Source of the DNA: a virus
Taxonomy: Duplodnaviria > Caudoviricetes
DNA length: 26,022 nt
Strand: one strand, 5' to 3'
Virus record (IMG/VR): IMGVR_UViG_3300036779_000174
Span: 1 to 26,022 of that record
Position numbers and translations under genes: made by a program. The notes under the pieces are model-generated. The model saw only the letters and a program-made list of their open reading frames with translations, searched no databases and was not told the origin of the DNA. The stretch's first letter is position 1; each line of letters starts with the position of its first letter. Shown here piece after piece: positions 24,282 through 26,022 of this stretch.

Positions 24282-24898
24282 CACCGCACCGCCTGCTGGC
24301 GCTGCCCGCCGATGTAGATCGACAACCCTATGGCCCTGACACTTTCTTCCGAGAACGTCACGCCGAGGCCTCTGCGTTGCGCATAGGCCTGCGTTTCGAT
24401 AATCGCGTCCACGGCTGCACGCATCGCGGCCGTCATGGCTGCGCTTGCCGGCGTGATGACGGGCAGATCCGGATCGGCCGCTGCAGGCTGCGCGGCGTGG
24501 AACGCCTGGGCCCCGTTCTGGCGCGCCATCTCGACCGACTTCGCCAGCAGGGCTTCCTCGCGGGACGGCGCGGGCACTTCGCAAGACGGTGCGGCGCCGG
24601 CGGTATCCTCGACCCGCTCCACGCGGATCGAGAAGCCGCCGCCGCGGGCCGATCCGTGTTTGGTGCGGGTGACCCGGATGAACTCGGCCGGCTGGTAGTT
24701 CAGGTCGACCAGCGCATGCTCGAACTCGTTCGCGTCCTCGGTGTTGAGGAACAGCCGCCGCTCGTCGACGGCCGTGAACATGACATTGCCCCATTGCCCC
24801 ACTTCCTTGCCGGTCGCGAACTTCAGGGCGAAGGTCTGCGGGCGGTTGGTTTCGAGTTTGATCTCGTCCTGCCGCGGGGCGCGGATAGCGGTCGCCAT
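24281..24898 (-). CDS. Hypothetical early protein
   Basis: 205 aa, coupled to neighbours. Confidence 0.7.
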   Translation of the reverse strand: MATAIRAPRQDEIKLETNRPQTFALKFATGKEVGQWGNVMFTAVDERRLFLNTEDANEFEHALVDLNYQPAEFIRVTRTKHGSARGGGFSIRVERVEDTAGAAPSCEVPAPSREEALLAKSVEMARQNGAQAFHAAQPAAADPDLPVITPASAAMTAAMRAAVDAIIETQAYAQRRGLGVTFSEESVRAIGLSIYIGGQRQQAVR

Positions 24899-25215
24899 TA
24901 TGCGCTCCTCCGGACCGTTGCCGTGCGGGCGGCCTGCTGGCCGCGCAGGAAGCCGTCGATCGCGGCGGCAAACGGCTCGGCGATCGCGGGCGCATTGGCC
25001 GCCTGGCAGGCGGCGGAATGCGCGAGATGCTCGAAGCAGTCGTCGTCGCAGTGGATCGTTTCGGTCGGCATGAAGGCGCGCTCGCGGGCATCTTCTTCAG
25101 CCGCCGCGTCGGCGCGGCGGTTTTCTTCGTCTGCGGCTTCCTGCTCGGCGAGCCATTCGGCGTGCGCTTCTTCGGCGAGGCTGGGGTAGCTGTAAAGGTC
25201 TGGGTCGTATGCCAT
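24898..25215 (-). CDS. Acidic hypothetical protein, first gene of leftward early operon
   Basis: 105 aa, Glu/Ala-rich, AGGAG RBS. Confidence 0.7.
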   Translation of the reverse strand: MAYDPDLYSYPSLAEEAHAEWLAEQEAADEENRRADAAAEEDARERAFMPTETIHCDDDCFEHLAHSAACQAANAPAIAEPFAAAIDGFLRGQQAARTATVRRSA

Positions 25216-25246
25216 CGGGTCTCCTGTGGAACTTGCTTGCAGATCA

Positions 25247-25348
25247 ATTCTATGCTTTCGTAAGCATATCTGTCAATGCTTGCGCGAGCAGTATTTGTTG
25301 GTGCTATTCTCGCGTTAGCATTCTGAGAGTGCTTACGTAAGCTAAAAT
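25247..25348. promoter_or_regulatory. Divergent promoter region with repeated 14-bp operators
   Basis: Leftward TTGACA (25276-25271)-N18-TAGAAT (25252-25247); operators TGCTTTCGTAAGCA 25253-25266, TGCTTGCGCGAGCA 25277-25290, TGCTTACGTAAGCT 25330-25343; rightward TAAAAT 25343-25348. Confidence 0.7.
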
Positions 25349-25359
25349 GAGAAACGACA

Positions 25360-25521
25360 ATGGCGAAGAAAAAGAACGCTGTCGCGCAGGCGATGGTCGC
25401 GATGAGAAACAAGAAATTGACGGCGACGCGGCGGAAGGAAATTGCCAGCGCGGCGGCGAAAAAGCGGTGGGCCGATCGGGATGCGTCTACTTCGTCGAAA
25501 CCGACGACGGAGCCTTCGTGA
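25360..25521 (+). CDS. Small basic putative DNA-binding protein
   Basis: MAKKKNAVAQAMVAMRNKKLTATRRKEIASAAAKKRW, 53 aa; not in the ORF track. Confidence 0.65.
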   Translation: MAKKKNAVAQAMVAMRNKKLTATRRKEIASAAAKKRWADRDASTSSKPTTEPS

Positions 25522-25856
25522 GCCGGACACAGGTTATTTGGGCAATTCTGACGTTTTTGGCTATGCCCGCGTGGATGTTGGTGACGAGCACCCACGAGCA
25601 GCCTGCTGCGAGCGTCCACGCGCAGCCTGCTGCGGAGAAACCGTTTTATCTTTCAGCGGCGGCAGAGAAGCGCGTTACGGATCTTCGCAGGCAGGCGCAT
25701 GTTATTTATGACCGGATCGATTTAAAAGATGCCGACGCCTTTATGCGCGAATCGGCTGAAGCGGAAAAACTCGACGCCGAGGCTGACGACATTGAGTCCG
25801 CGGAGATCGATAAGTGGCTCGGCGCCGCCGGCGGAGCCGTGAAGGAACAGCGATGA
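25518..25856 (+). CDS. Membrane-anchored/secreted hypothetical protein
   Basis: GTGA-coupled start; hydrophobic N-terminus VIWAILTFLAMPAWMLV. Confidence 0.55.
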   Translation: MSRTQVIWAILTFLAMPAWMLVTSTHEQPAASVHAQPAAEKPFYLSAAAEKRVTDLRRQAHVIYDRIDLKDADAFMRESAEAEKLDAEADDIESAEIDKWLGAAGGAVKEQR

Positions 25857-26022
25857 GCGAAACGAACGGGAACCCGCCGAAAAAACCCGAGTGGTTGGAG
25901 CGGCTGGAGCGCGTTGAGGCGTCGCACGTCAAACTGATGACGGATCACGAAGTCTTTGTCGCCGCGCAGGAGCGCGCCTGGGAACGTCACGAAAAGTTCG
26001 TGGCCGAGCAGGAAGCCTGGGC
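25853..26022 (+). CDS. Hypothetical coiled-coil protein (partial)
   Basis: ATGA-coupled MSETNGNPPKKPEWLERLERVE; runs off the window. Confidence 0.55.
   Translation, partial: MSETNGNPPKKPEWLERLERVEASHVKLMTDHEVFVAAQERAWERHEKFVAEQEAW

Larger units (their letters stand above)
1..26022. mobile_element. Temperate phage/prophage segment (ends not in window)
   Basis: Terminase, portal, scaffold, capsid, replication initiator, tyrosine recombinase and many short hypothetical ORFs; no host housekeeping genes; no att ends identified. Confidence 0.93.

Noticed and set aside
24066-25619. 517-aa minus-strand ORF
   Set aside because: Spans the promoter region and other genes out of frame; only the last 71 codons look genuine.

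Overview
GC-rich temperate phage/prophage segment with no host housekeeping genes. A minus-strand morphogenesis module runs terS, sigma factor, terL, portal, scaffold, decoration, major capsid, then adaptor-like genes, and is interrupted by two small plus-strand islands. To the right lie early genes, a replication initiator with an internal iteron/DnaA-box origin, a Cre-like tyrosine recombinase and a divergent promoter/operator switch. The standout is a compact minus-strand cassette at 16.1-18.2 kb: an Xis/MerR-like HTH gene, a 388-aa TnpB/Cas12f-like protein that looks nuclease-dead (RuvC-I Asp replaced, RuvC-III absent), a structured 120-nt region with a partial anti-repeat, and a 4-repeat/3-spacer mini CRISPR array (37-bp repeats). 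No cas1/cas2 is present in the window. Just downstream is a FliA/WhiG-like sigma factor, and a GTCGAAT motif sits a fixed distance before several late-gene ATGs, probably its promoter. All family calls come from reading motifs by eye; no searches were run.
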